Shown: positions 30,976 to 41,125, numbered from the stretch's first letter. The stretch: 64,000 nt of DNA from Candidatus Enterousia sp. (GCA_045616625.1 JAZLHA010000012.1:8873-72872), one strand, 5' to 3'. The notes: generated by a model not told the origin, from the letters alone. Numbers and translations are program-made.

Positions 30976-31386
30976 TTATTCGCACCAACTTTGACGCTTG
31001 CCACCGTTATATTTTCGCCCCACTTGTTCAGAAACCAAAACATTACCAACATCACGACCAGCAATGTCGATGACGTTGGCGTCTATTCGCCCCAAATATT
31101 TATCGTCTTTGATGTTTTCAAGTTCTACAACACTACCAACGGGAATTATTTCACCCAAACGCTGTTTTGCATATCTGGCACGCGTTATTTCAGAATCACA
31201 TTCACCATGTAATTCGGGCGTATCAATATTACGCAAACGAACACGCACAGAAATTTCTGTATCAGTATCGTTAAGCATGACCTGGGCTGCAAAAGTATCG
31301 CCATCAACAATATACCCCACCCGCGCAGGCACCGCAAACGCGGGCAAACATACAAACAATAACAAACCAATATAATACTTATGCAT
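30976..31386 (-). CDS. Secreted thermonuclease (SNase-like)
   Basis: Signal peptide MHKYYIGLLLFVCLPAFA, then ..VDGDTF...VRLRNIDTPE...DKYLGRIDANV.. The ATG overlaps the tolB stop codon. Confidence 0.8.
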   Translation of the reverse strand: MHKYYIGLLLFVCLPAFAVPARVGYIVDGDTFAAQVMLNDTDTEISVRVRLRNIDTPELHGECDSEITRARYAKQRLGEIIPVGSVVELENIKDDKYLGRIDANVIDIAGRDVGNVLVSEQVGRKYNGGKRQSWCE

Positions 31387-32732
31387 TATTGCAGACGTGG
31401 CGACCAAGTTGGTTCAACCCCATTTATTCCGTTTGGTAATTCAATGTCATACAGATTCTGACCTGTAATATCAACACTACGAATATGACTAATGCGTTCA
31501 ATATCATCATCGGCCTTTTCTGTTTCATAATATACCAATCTGCGCGACCCTGGCGCCCATGATGGTGCCTCCATATACCAGCCACCAGCCAATATCTTTT
31601 CATTACGTCCGTTTGGCGACATTACACCAATATAAAAAGTATCATCTGCTATTTTGGTAAACGCGATAAATTTACCATCTGGGGACCATGCCGGCGTCGC
31701 ATAACGACCATTTCCATATGTTATTCTATTTTCTGTTCCTGTTGCCAAATCCAACACGTGAATTTGTTGACGCCCAGTTTTATCAGAATTAAACGCCATT
31801 TTTTTACCATCTGGGGAATAAGACGGACTGGTATTAATAGAATTACCAAATGTCAACTGACGCAATTCTTTGGTTTCCATATTATATTCATATATATGCG
31901 TAATACCTTCTTTGACCAAAGACAAAGCAACACGTTTTCCATCTGGTGAAAATCGCGGAGCGAATGTCATACCACCAAACTGCCCTAACTTGCGTTGTTC
32001 CCCAGTATCTAAATTAAGTGTCCAAACCATAGGGTCATCATCACGATAAGATAAAAACACAATGGCATCCATATTTGGTGAAAAATGTGGCGACATAACA
32101 AATGTATTTGCATCTGATAAATAACGCATACCGTACCCATCATGATCCATTATCGCCATACGCTTTACACGCGCATCAACTGGACCCGTTTCAGCGATAA
32201 ACACTATCTGTGTATCAAAATATCCAACCTCACCGGTAAGCCGTTCATAGATAGCATCAGCCATAATATGCCCTAATCTGCGTACAGATTTCTTTGTTGA
32301 AACCAGACTTTGTGCCTCTATCTGTTCTTTACCATCAACATCCCAAATATAAAAGTCCAATTTATATTGTTTATTAGGCTGTAGCGATAATTTAGCCTGA
32401 ACCAACACCTGGGCCTTAACCGCGTTCCAGAGTGTAAAGTTAGGCATTTCATTCATTTTAACATATTCCGGTAAAGCATTGTGCGATACAATATGGAAAA
32501 GTCCCGTTGTTTTAAGGTCATTTTCTACCACTTCACGTATCATTGCAGCATCCTTTACATCAACATTTCCTGATGTTTCAAACTTTTGAACCGCAACAGA
32601 TATAGGATTTACCCCACCTGCAACAATATCAACCTTTAACTCAGCATGCAACGATGTAACACTACAAAAAACAGCAACAAAAAATACTAATATTTTTTTC
32701 AATTTAAATCCTTTCCTTAACGATAAAAGCAT
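31386..32732 (-). CDS. tolB: Tol-Pal system beta-propeller protein TolB
   Basis: ..FSPDGKRVALS..YSPDGKKMAFNSD..WSPDGKFIAF.. repeats. A TTG at 32702, preceded by AAGGAAAGGA, would give MKKILVFFVAVFCSVTSLHA and may be the real start. Confidence 0.9.
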   Translation of the reverse strand: MLLSLRKGFKLKKILVFFVAVFCSVTSLHAELKVDIVAGGVNPISVAVQKFETSGNVDVKDAAMIREVVENDLKTTGLFHIVSHNALPEYVKMNEMPNFTLWNAVKAQVLVQAKLSLQPNKQYKLDFYIWDVDGKEQIEAQSLVSTKKSVRRLGHIMADAIYERLTGEVGYFDTQIVFIAETGPVDARVKRMAIMDHDGYGMRYLSDANTFVMSPHFSPNMDAIVFLSYRDDDPMVWTLNLDTGEQRKLGQFGGMTFAPRFSPDGKRVALSLVKEGITHIYEYNMETKELRQLTFGNSINTSPSYSPDGKKMAFNSDKTGRQQIHVLDLATGTENRITYGNGRYATPAWSPDGKFIAFTKIADDTFYIGVMSPNGRNEKILAGGWYMEAPSWAPGSRRLVYYETEKADDDIERISHIRSVDITGQNLYDIELPNGINGVEPTWSPRLQ

Positions 32733-32816
32733 TTTATACACAACCGTATAAAAAAGCAAGCAACACAATCAACCACACAAAAACCAATACAGACGCCAAC
32801 ACAAACAAAAACACAT

Positions 32817-32849
32817 TTGTATTGACAAATGTAAATACAATGATATAGT
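32817..32849 (+). promoter_or_regulatory. Near-consensus promoter with TTGTAT operator-like repeats
   Basis: TTGACA (32822-32827), a 16-nt spacer, then TATAGT (32844-32849). TTGTAT motifs are at 32817, 32835 (inverted), 32870 and 32889. Confidence 0.55.
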
Positions 32850-32895
32850 CACTTGTAATTACGATGGTATTGTATCAAGTATAGGAGTTTGTATT

Positions 32896-33120
32896 ATGCC
32901 AAATGTAATGCAACAATTGTTCGTAATGAACATAGAATCTCTGTTAAAAGAGTATGCTGCCTATCGCGCCTTTAACAAATCTGACTGTGTAATAAACATG
33001 CGTATTCCTCATCAAATAGTTGATAAATTGAAAAAGATTGCTGACGAACAACATGTTCCATATCAATCTCTGATATCATCTATATTGTATTCTTTGGCAA
33101 ATTCTGACGAAACAAAATAA
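32896..33120 (+). CDS. Ribbon-helix-helix BrnA/CopG-type antitoxin-like protein (orphan)
   Basis: 74-aa ORF ending ..INMRIPHQIVDKLKKIADEQHVPYQSLISSILYSLA.. Confidence 0.6.
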   Translation: MPNVMQQLFVMNIESLLKEYAAYRAFNKSDCVINMRIPHQIVDKLKKIADEQHVPYQSLISSILYSLANSDETK

Positions 33121-33136
33121 TAAAAAAGGACATAAT

Positions 33137-33973
33137 ATGAACGCAAACGAACGTATAAATTTTCTTGATTTACACAAACGTTTTTGCGGAACAAACATGT
33201 CCCCAACCTTATTTGAGAATAATTCTGAAACACACACAGAGTATTGGCTGGCATCTGACATTATGCCTTTATATTACAAATCAACCAACACTTCAAATCA
33301 CGATACGATAAATTATTTTATAAACATAATTATACCGAACACGTTCGACACGGTTTCTCAACAATACACATTTGAACAAAACATTATAGTATTGCCAGCA
33401 AAAACAAACGCAAAATTATCGCGTTATGCAATATTCTGTATCATAAATAGCCTAGCACCTAACAATATGTGCGATTTGGTTTACATAATGTCTCCAAACG
33501 GTACCCAATATCAAAAAATTATGACAGATACATTAAAATTCAGACGAATCGATTTACGGGAAAAATTGAAATATTACGAACAAGAATTTAGTCATTTAGC
33601 AAAACACAAAGGAATGGATTTTGCCGACGCACAAAGAACATTACAACAAGCATTATTTGGTGACATACATCCACATGAAATAAAACAACAATATAACATA
33701 CCTACAAACAAACCATTATCTGACTATATGGGAGCGTGGGCGATAAGCACAAAAATAAATACAATTAACAATTTATTATCAAAAAAACACACTAACAATT
33801 TTTTCTTTTTACTGCAACAGTGTGCAGCCGAACAAAGAAGTAAAATGCTACATTCAACTGGATACGCACCAGAAAATGATATACATCAACAATCAGTAAA
33901 ACAAGTTGCCGCCGAATTCAAAAAACAGAAACAAGAATTTCTGGAACGATGCACACACGAACGTTTATATTAA
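33137..33973 (+). CDS. DinD/BRO-N-like protein (DNA-damage-inducible protein D family?)
   Basis: 278-aa ORF with ..AKLSRYAIFCIINSLAPNN.. and a C-terminal half resembling DinD. Assignment from memory of family motifs only. Confidence 0.4.
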   Translation: MNANERINFLDLHKRFCGTNMSPTLFENNSETHTEYWLASDIMPLYYKSTNTSNHDTINYFINIIIPNTFDTVSQQYTFEQNIIVLPAKTNAKLSRYAIFCIINSLAPNNMCDLVYIMSPNGTQYQKIMTDTLKFRRIDLREKLKYYEQEFSHLAKHKGMDFADAQRTLQQALFGDIHPHEIKQQYNIPTNKPLSDYMGAWAISTKINTINNLLSKKHTNNFFFLLQQCAAEQRSKMLHSTGYAPENDIHQQSVKQVAAEFKKQKQEFLERCTHERLY

Positions 33974-33977
33974 AAAA

Positions 33978-34005
33978 CAGGCGATTTTAAATCGCCTGCT
34001 TTTTT
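33978..34005. terminator. Bidirectional rho-independent terminator
   Basis: caggcgatt-tta-aatcgcctg flanked by an A-run and cttttttat. Confidence 0.7.
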
Positions 34006-34020
34006 ATATCTCAAATCAGA

Positions 34021-34299
34021 TTACCAACCAGCAGTAACACAACCAAATTCACCGCCAGGCGCAGCCATCTTCATAACAGCACTCAAAATAACACCGACCA
34101 TAAACAACAGTAAGAAACCAACCAACATACCGGTTCCTTTCTTTTTTATATCACCAATCAAATCTTTGCCGTCTTTTGGATCAGAAATATATCCCCACGC
34201 CCAAGACGCAATAAAGAACCCAGCACCAACAAAGGCCAATATCCTCAATGTATGAAACACACCCTGTAAACCAGCAACTAAATCACAAATTCCTTCCAT
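34021..34299 (-). CDS. Small two-TM membrane protein (VirB2/TrbC-pilin-like architecture?)
   Basis: AAAGGAG RBS. 92 aa, ..ICDLVAGLQGVFHTLRILAFVGAGFFIASWAWGY...GMLVGFLLLFMVGVILSAVMKMAAPGG.. Confidence 0.5.
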   Translation of the reverse strand: MEGICDLVAGLQGVFHTLRILAFVGAGFFIASWAWGYISDPKDGKDLIGDIKKKGTGMLVGFLLLFMVGVILSAVMKMAAPGGEFGCVTAGW

Positions 34300-34437
34300 T
34301 TAAAACTCCTTTCTTTTTCATTTATTCTATCATAAAACCACCACCTGTTCAAGTATATTTTTTGACAAATATAAACATTAGTAATCACCAACAAAATATG
34401 ATACAATAACTTTCAATCAGGGGAGATTTTTCAAATT

Positions 34438-35385
34438 ATGACATATTCTGATTACGGGTTAATCAATACTGATACTATGCTAAAAAGCGCATTGGCACAC
34501 AATTACGCCGTTCCTGCTTTTAATGTATATAATATGGAAACAATTTCCGCGGTTGTAATGGCGGCAAATCATACACACAGCCCACTTATTATCAGTATTT
34601 CTGAATCTGCGCTAAACTATATGGGCGACAATATGCTAATGGGAATGATTTGTGGTCTGAAATTAAACCCATCACAAAAAATAGCGCTGCACCTGGACCA
34701 TGGTTCATCTTTTGAATTATGTGCGCGCGCGATAAAGCTTGGTTTTTCATCAGTTATGATTGATGCGAGTAAATTACCCCTATCGCAAAATATAGATTTA
34801 ACGAATCGCGTTATTGAAATCGCACACAAACACAATGTATCAGTCGAGGCCGAAGTTGGAATCTTATTCGGAACCGAAGATGAAAATACAACATCAACAG
34901 ATTCTGAATTTACATCACCCGATATGGCGGAACAATTTGCTCACACAACAAATGTTGATTCATTGGCTATCGCCATTGGCACAAGTCACGGTGTATATAA
35001 AAATCATACAGACAATGGAAAATTACGATTTGATATTTTAACACAAATACAAAACAGAATTCCGAATACCCCACTGGTATTACACGGTGCATCAAATGTT
35101 CCAGAACATTTGGTTAAAACCATAAATAAATTTGGTGGAAATATAACAGCATCACGTGGCATAGATGCAAACCAATTACGAATCGCTGCAACACAAACAC
35201 ATATTTGCAAAATAAATATGGATACAGATTTACGTCTATCTTTTACCGCAGGCGTTCGTAAAAACATAACACAAAACCCATCCGGATTTAACCCACGCGA
35301 ATACCTGGGGGCCGGTCGTGATATGGTATGTAATAACTGCCTATATGCGATTCGTGAAATTACAAAATCAGAAAATAAAATTTAA
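34438..35385 (+). CDS. fba: Class II fructose-bisphosphate aldolase
   Basis: 315-aa ORF ..AVPAFNVYNMETI...LHLDHGSSFE...IGTSHGVYK...LVLHGASNVP. Confidence 0.9.
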   Translation: MTYSDYGLINTDTMLKSALAHNYAVPAFNVYNMETISAVVMAANHTHSPLIISISESALNYMGDNMLMGMICGLKLNPSQKIALHLDHGSSFELCARAIKLGFSSVMIDASKLPLSQNIDLTNRVIEIAHKHNVSVEAEVGILFGTEDENTTSTDSEFTSPDMAEQFAHTTNVDSLAIAIGTSHGVYKNHTDNGKLRFDILTQIQNRIPNTPLVLHGASNVPEHLVKTINKFGGNITASRGIDANQLRIAATQTHICKINMDTDLRLSFTAGVRKNITQNPSGFNPREYLGAGRDMVCNNCLYAIREITKSENKI

Positions 35386-35434
35386 AAACGCGGACTATCA
35401 GACCCGCGTTTAACAAAAGTTGAATTACAAATTA

Positions 35435-36004
35435 TTATTTCGCCCTCTCGACATATTCTAATGTTTCTGTATTCACAACAATCTTTTCACCCTGCTCAAT
35501 AAATACAGGAACCTGAACACGAACACCGTTATCCAAGATTGCAGGTTTACCACCACTGCCTGTCGCAGTTTGACCCTTTAACGCTGGTTCTGTTTCTTCA
35601 ACAATTGCTACAACTGTTTTTGGCAAAGTCACAGAAACAGGATGACCTTCAACAAAATTAGCCTTGACCATCATTTCAGGCGCCAAGAATTTCATTTGTT
35701 CACCCAAAGAATCAACCGGCATTGTAAACTGTTCATAATCGGACAAATTCATAAAGAACGCATCTGTGCCATCAGAATACAAATACTGACAATCAAAATC
35801 TTCAACCATCAATTTTTCAACCTTGTCTTCGGCACGCCAGCGATCACCACCCTTGTTCCCAGAATCAATATCACGCAAGTCAGCCTGAACAAATGCACCA
35901 CCCTTACCCGGTTTAACCTTGGTAATAGATGTAACAGAATAACGTTTTCCGTTGTGAGAAATAACCCAACCCACACGCATATCATTTGCAATAAAAGATG
36001 CCAT
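35435..36004 (-). CDS. efp: Elongation factor P
   Basis: 189-aa ORF ..KPGKGGAFVQADLRDI.. Confidence 0.93.
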   Translation of the reverse strand: MASFIANDMRVGWVISHNGKRYSVTSITKVKPGKGGAFVQADLRDIDSGNKGGDRWRAEDKVEKLMVEDFDCQYLYSDGTDAFFMNLSDYEQFTMPVDSLGEQMKFLAPEMMVKANFVEGHPVSVTLPKTVVAIVEETEPALKGQTATGSGGKPAILDNGVRVQVPVFIEQGEKIVVNTETLEYVERAK

Positions 36005-36102
36005 AATAATACCCCTTGTTTTTAATATTCAGGCTGAATTATAAAATTTTACATAATAAACGCAAGAAAAAAACCGCCATTCTGCGGTTTTTTATATTTT
36101 TT

Positions 36103-37221
36103 TTACATACGCATCGGCATCAACACAAACAAGGAATCTGTTTTCTTGTCTGTTGATTGAATTGTTGTTGGTGACAAAGGATCCTGCATTTCCATCTGGA
36201 ATTTATCCCCTTCAACCTGACCTGCAACATCAAGTAAGAATTTTACATTAAACACAACAGTAAATGAACTATCACCATTATATTCAATATCTAATTCCTG
36301 TGTTGCAGTTCCTGCATCAGGACTGGACGCGTTAATAACCAATTTGTTCATAGAAAATGTCAATTGAACAGATTTTGTTTTATCAATACTGGCAACCGAA
36401 ACCAAATCAACCGCATTAACAAATTGCTTTCTATCCATAATTGCAATCTTGTCATTACCCTTTGGAATAACAACACGATAATTTGGATACTGCGCATCAA
36501 CCAATTTGCTAGTTAAGACTGCTGGACCAACTGTAAAGCGCGCCTTGGTATCAGATAATTCAATCATAACATCATCAACATTGGCATCTTCTAACAATTT
36601 AGATAGTTCGCCAATAACACGACGTGGCAAAATTACTGATGGCATTTCCAAACTTTCCTTTGGTGCAGGTATAGCACACAATGCCAAACGTTGAGCGTCT
36701 GTTGCAACAGCAGTCAACATTTTTTGTTTACCCTCATCAGAAATATGGAAATAAATACCACCCAAATGATAACGAACATCATCAGTTGGAATTGCAAATT
36801 TAGTCTGGTTAATCAAATGTCCCAAATCACCGGTTGTCATCTGAAACTTGGTGGTCAAATTGCTACCAGCCATTGCTGGGAAATTTTCAGCCGGTAATGT
36901 TGGTAAACGGAAAACCGCACGACCACTGGATACAACCAATTGATCCCCAGATTGTTTAAAACTAATTTCTGCATCATCTGGTAATTTACGAACAATGTCA
37001 TACAACATCTGAACAGGAACAGTTGTTTGCCCACCCAAAGTAATATCAGCAACAACGTGTTCAACCAATTCCAAATCAACATTAGTAGCAGATAAAATTA
37101 AACTATCTGCAACCTCTATTTTTACATTCATCAAAATCGGTAAAGTCGCACGCTTTTCAACAATAGATTGCATGTGTCCCAACGCACGAATTAAAACCTG
37201 ACGAAATACCGAAAATTCCAT
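36103..37221 (-). CDS. dnaN: DNA polymerase III beta sliding clamp
   Basis: MEFSVFRQVLIRALGHMQSIVEKRATLPILMNVKIE... ending ..LFVLMPMRM. Start at ATG 37221. Confidence 0.93.
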   Translation of the reverse strand: MEFSVFRQVLIRALGHMQSIVEKRATLPILMNVKIEVADSLILSATNVDLELVEHVVADITLGGQTTVPVQMLYDIVRKLPDDAEISFKQSGDQLVVSSGRAVFRLPTLPAENFPAMAGSNLTTKFQMTTGDLGHLINQTKFAIPTDDVRYHLGGIYFHISDEGKQKMLTAVATDAQRLALCAIPAPKESLEMPSVILPRRVIGELSKLLEDANVDDVMIELSDTKARFTVGPAVLTSKLVDAQYPNYRVVIPKGNDKIAIMDRKQFVNAVDLVSVASIDKTKSVQLTFSMNKLVINASSPDAGTATQELDIEYNGDSSFTVVFNVKFLLDVAGQVEGDKFQMEMQDPLSPTTIQSTDKKTDSLFVLMPMRM

Positions 37222-37265
37222 TTTTATACTCCTATTTTGTGTATTTCCTACACCCTTTCGGATAC

Positions 37266-37295
37266 AGTTTATCAAAAAACACCGATTCGGTGCAA
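37266..37295 (-). promoter_or_regulatory. Candidate dnaN promoter with a GANTC palindrome after the -35
   Basis: Minus strand reads TTGCAC (37295-37290), an 18-nt spacer beginning CGAATCGGTG, then TAAACT (37271-37266). Confidence 0.4.
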
Positions 37296-37321
37296 GAGCA
37301 AAAGCAAGAAATGTGTTTTTT

Positions 37322-38080
37322 CTATTTAGACAATATTTTTTCTATTTTTATACGTAATTTTTTCATATCATCATATTTAGTAAATTTTCCCTTTTCGGCG
37401 ATAGAAACATCTCCACTTTCTTCGGAAACAACCAACACGTATGCGCTAGACAATTCAGACATTCCCAATGCTGCACGATGTCGTGTTCCATATTTCCAAT
37501 TTAAATTATTTTGAGACAAAGGCAAAATTGCCCCAGCATAAGCAATACGTCCACGTTCTATTATTACCGCGCCATCATGCAAAGGCGTTTTGTTAAAAAA
37601 GATTGTTAGCAATAATTCTGATGAAATTTTTGCATCAATCGTAATTCCTTTCTTTTCAATTAAACTTTCATCAAATGTTTTTGGAAATACAATTAGTCCA
37701 CCCGTATGATGCTGTGACATAAACTCAACAGCATTAACTATTTGATCTAAGTCTGCAGAACTACCGCTTTTTAATTTGCCCCTACGGAAAAACTTATGTA
37801 ACTCTTCAACATTACCTAAAAGTGCTAAAAACTTTCTCAGTTCTGGTTGAAAGACAACAATCAAACTAATGGACATAAATAGTGCTATCCAATATGCAAA
37901 ACGTGCAAACAATGTTAGATTCATCCAACTAAAAATAAAACTACAACCCCAAAGTCCAACGAGCCCCAGCAAACCACGAACTAATTTTTCTGATCCAGTA
38001 TTAGAAATAAATATTTTATAGAAAAAATATATCACGCCTATAATCACAATTATCTGAAATGCGTTTATAAAACTTTCCAT
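37322..38080 (-). CDS. cdaA: Diadenylate cyclase CdaA (c-di-AMP synthase)
   Basis: Three N-terminal TM helices plus a DAC domain with ..LHDGAVII.. (DGA) and ..GTRHRAALG.. (RHR). Confidence 0.88.
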   Translation of the reverse strand: MESFINAFQIIVIIGVIYFFYKIFISNTGSEKLVRGLLGLVGLWGCSFIFSWMNLTLFARFAYWIALFMSISLIVVFQPELRKFLALLGNVEELHKFFRRGKLKSGSSADLDQIVNAVEFMSQHHTGGLIVFPKTFDESLIEKKGITIDAKISSELLLTIFFNKTPLHDGAVIIERGRIAYAGAILPLSQNNLNWKYGTRHRAALGMSELSSAYVLVVSEESGDVSIAEKGKFTKYDDMKKLRIKIEKILSK

Positions 38081-38093
38081 AAATATCCTCGCT

Positions 38094-40142
38094 TTACATT
38101 ATTACATTTTGAATCAAATTTTTGATTGGCTCATCTAACCAATCTGGATCAAAATCTTTAACTGGTGCACCACGTTTCATCGCTGTTTCAGCAGGTTTAT
38201 CATCACTTAACCAATTACCAAGCATATCGCTAGCAAGCCATCCGCCCAAAATACTAAGACCACCAGTAAACGGTGCCATCAAAAGTCCAACCCCAGCCGC
38301 GGTTGCGACACGACCCACAAGCGCACTACCACTAATAGAAACATCCGGTTCTGCTAAATTACCAGAAATTTTTAATGCATTTGTTAATGTTCCTGTAATA
38401 GAAATTTTTAGACCGCTTACAGGGGTTGTTACCAATGTTAAATCTATATTTTCATTACCCAAATCTAAACTACCGACCATACGAATATTTATAATATCTG
38501 TTTGAATACCAACACCATTTTCTGTTTCAATCAAACCATTACGCAATTTAAGATTTATACCCAAATTTTCTATTGTCATTTTATTATACTTTTTTTCTTT
38601 GGATAACGCATCAGAAACACCACGTTGCAACGTTGTTAGAAAATCAGCACCATACATATATGCAACAAGTGTTTCATAAGCATAACCCTGTTGTGTTGAA
38701 TATGCTTGGACAGGTCCTGTTATAGTTTGCATAATTTCTGACATATTTATTCCATCGGCTTCAAAATAAGCGATTATATCCATAGGCAAACTTGCTATTA
38801 TATTTTTATACCTTAATTCATCCATTAATTTACCTACATCTATATCACGTCCTAGCATTCCGGTTCTAAGGTAAAAACGCCCAGTATCATCTATATCAAC
38901 ATCTGAACCAATTGTAATATCACCATTTGCGAATCCGACATTTGCATCCACGTGTCCTTTACCAGACTTTACATTTATGGATACATTGACATTTTGAATA
39001 TCAATATCACGATACACAATCAAATGTTTAATATCTGTTTTTAAATTTATATTCATTTGTTTTATTTCTTTACCAAATAAATTCATATCATGGAAAACAT
39101 TCAGCTCACGTTCAACAACCGGCTCAGAATTTCCGTATAAGTCAGGATATACTTCTAATAAATTTAAACGCGATGATTTAACAACTAAATCAACTGTTGG
39201 TATTTTACCAAAACGACATGCTCCAGAAAAAACAATATCGTTCCCCTTGGTTTTAATTACAGATGAATTGAAAATAATTTTGTTATCGTTTACCGCCCCA
39301 GACACATCCAAAGAAATACTGGGTATGTCTAAATTTTTCCAACCAAAAATAAATTCTAATAATTCATTGTCTGGTACATCACCTTTGATATCAAAATCAA
39401 CCACAGACATTGTATTAGAACGCAAACCAATTTTACCAATCAACGCATTGCCTTTTGTTGATAACGCAAAATTAATTGGATAAACATCATGTTCAGCATT
39501 ATATTCACCAAACGAAACCACAAATGGTGTTACATTAGATTTTACTTTTATCCAACCACCGTATTCAGGACCAGATTTTTTTTCTTCGTATTGAAAAGCA
39601 ATTCCTTTTAACTTGAATTTTGTATCCACAATATTTGCATCTATATCATGAAATTCTATTGCACCCAATTCCATATCACGAAATAAATATTTATCTGGCA
39701 AATTATCTTTATCATTGGACACCGCATCAGGTTTTCGATTAAATACAGGCAATGACATTTCACCTTTAGCATTTTGTTCTATATACACAACAGGATTAGA
39801 AATTTCTAATTTTTCCATCATCAACTGTTTATTAAACAACGATAACAAATTTAAATTAACTGTTACTGTTTTTGCCTCAAATGCATATTTATGTTTTGCC
39901 CAAGATGCGTTTTCTATCCGCAAATCATATAGTGATATTTTTGGACGCAAAGACATATGCAAATCAAAATCACCTGCAATTTCTACATTTGCACCTGTTG
40001 CCTGGGTCAAAGCATTTACAACAGTATTACGCACATAATCGATATTTAATTTTGATAAAGCAATCACAGATGCAATCATGCCACATAAAAAAACAACTGT
40101 GATTACTCTAAGAATGATAAAAATTTTTTTACGTCTTCTCAT
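38094..40142 (-). CDS. AsmA-family outer-membrane biogenesis protein
   Basis: 682-aa ORF with an N-terminal anchor MRRRKKIFIILRVITVVFL.., then long beta-rich repeats and AsmA-like N- and C-terminal regions. Confidence 0.7.
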   Translation of the reverse strand: MRRRKKIFIILRVITVVFLCGMIASVIALSKLNIDYVRNTVVNALTQATGANVEIAGDFDLHMSLRPKISLYDLRIENASWAKHKYAFEAKTVTVNLNLLSLFNKQLMMEKLEISNPVVYIEQNAKGEMSLPVFNRKPDAVSNDKDNLPDKYLFRDMELGAIEFHDIDANIVDTKFKLKGIAFQYEEKKSGPEYGGWIKVKSNVTPFVVSFGEYNAEHDVYPINFALSTKGNALIGKIGLRSNTMSVVDFDIKGDVPDNELLEFIFGWKNLDIPSISLDVSGAVNDNKIIFNSSVIKTKGNDIVFSGACRFGKIPTVDLVVKSSRLNLLEVYPDLYGNSEPVVERELNVFHDMNLFGKEIKQMNINLKTDIKHLIVYRDIDIQNVNVSINVKSGKGHVDANVGFANGDITIGSDVDIDDTGRFYLRTGMLGRDIDVGKLMDELRYKNIIASLPMDIIAYFEADGINMSEIMQTITGPVQAYSTQQGYAYETLVAYMYGADFLTTLQRGVSDALSKEKKYNKMTIENLGINLKLRNGLIETENGVGIQTDIINIRMVGSLDLGNENIDLTLVTTPVSGLKISITGTLTNALKISGNLAEPDVSISGSALVGRVATAAGVGLLMAPFTGGLSILGGWLASDMLGNWLSDDKPAETAMKRGAPVKDFDPDWLDEPIKNLIQNVIM

Positions 40143-40143
40143 T

Positions 40144-41118
40144 TTAATACGGCAAATTAAATTCTAATAAGTTCATAATTGGGCGCATAAATTCAGGCAC
40201 CTGGGCACGCAAAGTAATTTGTTTGCCGGTTGATGGATGTTGCAATGTTATTTTATACGCAAACAAAAACAAATGATTTGTCGCAAGTACCGCAGACATA
40301 CCACAAGCGATTGGTTTATCATAACCATACAAATCATCACCAACAATTGGGGCATTCAAACTAAACGCGCTATGCAAACGCAATTGATGGGTTCGTCCTG
40401 TATGTGGGGAAAACAATACCCAAGAAACACAACCATTTGCATCACTTAACACTTTATATTCTGTAATTGCACGTTGTGGTCGTTGACCTGTTCCATCATT
40501 TAGACGTGTTGGTTCATCAAACACTTTACCCTTTATCATGTAATTATCTATGATTCCATATTTTGGGGACACATCACCATTTAACAACGCAACGTATTCC
40601 TTGTGTGCAATTTTTGTTTGAAACTGGTTTGCTAAAATTTGTGCCGAACGTTGATTTTTTGCAACAACCAAAACACCACTTGTTTCCTTGTCCAAACGAT
40701 GCACCAAAGATATCTTAGCATACGGGAACAAAGCGGCCGCCATTTTATCAATTGATTTTCTAATTCCACTGCCACCCTGGACAGCCAACCCCGCAGGCTT
40801 ATTAAACACAACCATATCATCATCATCGTGAATGATACATTTGCGCAACTTTTCCAAATCAGACAAAGAAAATTTTTCACCAGATTCTGTTTTGTTTGAA
40901 CGCGCCATAGCATATCCTGCAATAGTTGGTGGCACCCGAACAACATCCCCTGCACGCAACATCTTATCCGCCTGGACACGTGACGAATTTACGCGAATCT
41001 GACCACCACGACATAGTCGATATAATTCTCTATTTGGCATAGATGGGAAATGACGCATAAACCAACGCATCAACCGTGTGCCATCTTCTGTCTGTGAAAT
41101 AGTAATCAGTTCAGCCAT
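40144..41118 (-). CDS. RluA-family 23S rRNA pseudouridine synthase (RluC/D-like)
   Basis: S4-like N-terminus and the catalytic ..HRLDKETSGVLVVAK.. motif. Confidence 0.88.
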   Translation of the reverse strand: MAELITISQTEDGTRLMRWFMRHFPSMPNRELYRLCRGGQIRVNSSRVQADKMLRAGDVVRVPPTIAGYAMARSNKTESGEKFSLSDLEKLRKCIIHDDDDMVVFNKPAGLAVQGGSGIRKSIDKMAAALFPYAKISLVHRLDKETSGVLVVAKNQRSAQILANQFQTKIAHKEYVALLNGDVSPKYGIIDNYMIKGKVFDEPTRLNDGTGQRPQRAITEYKVLSDANGCVSWVLFSPHTGRTHQLRLHSAFSLNAPIVGDDLYGYDKPIACGMSAVLATNHLFLFAYKITLQHPSTGKQITLRAQVPEFMRPIMNLLEFNLPY

Positions 41119-41125
41119 TTAAATA

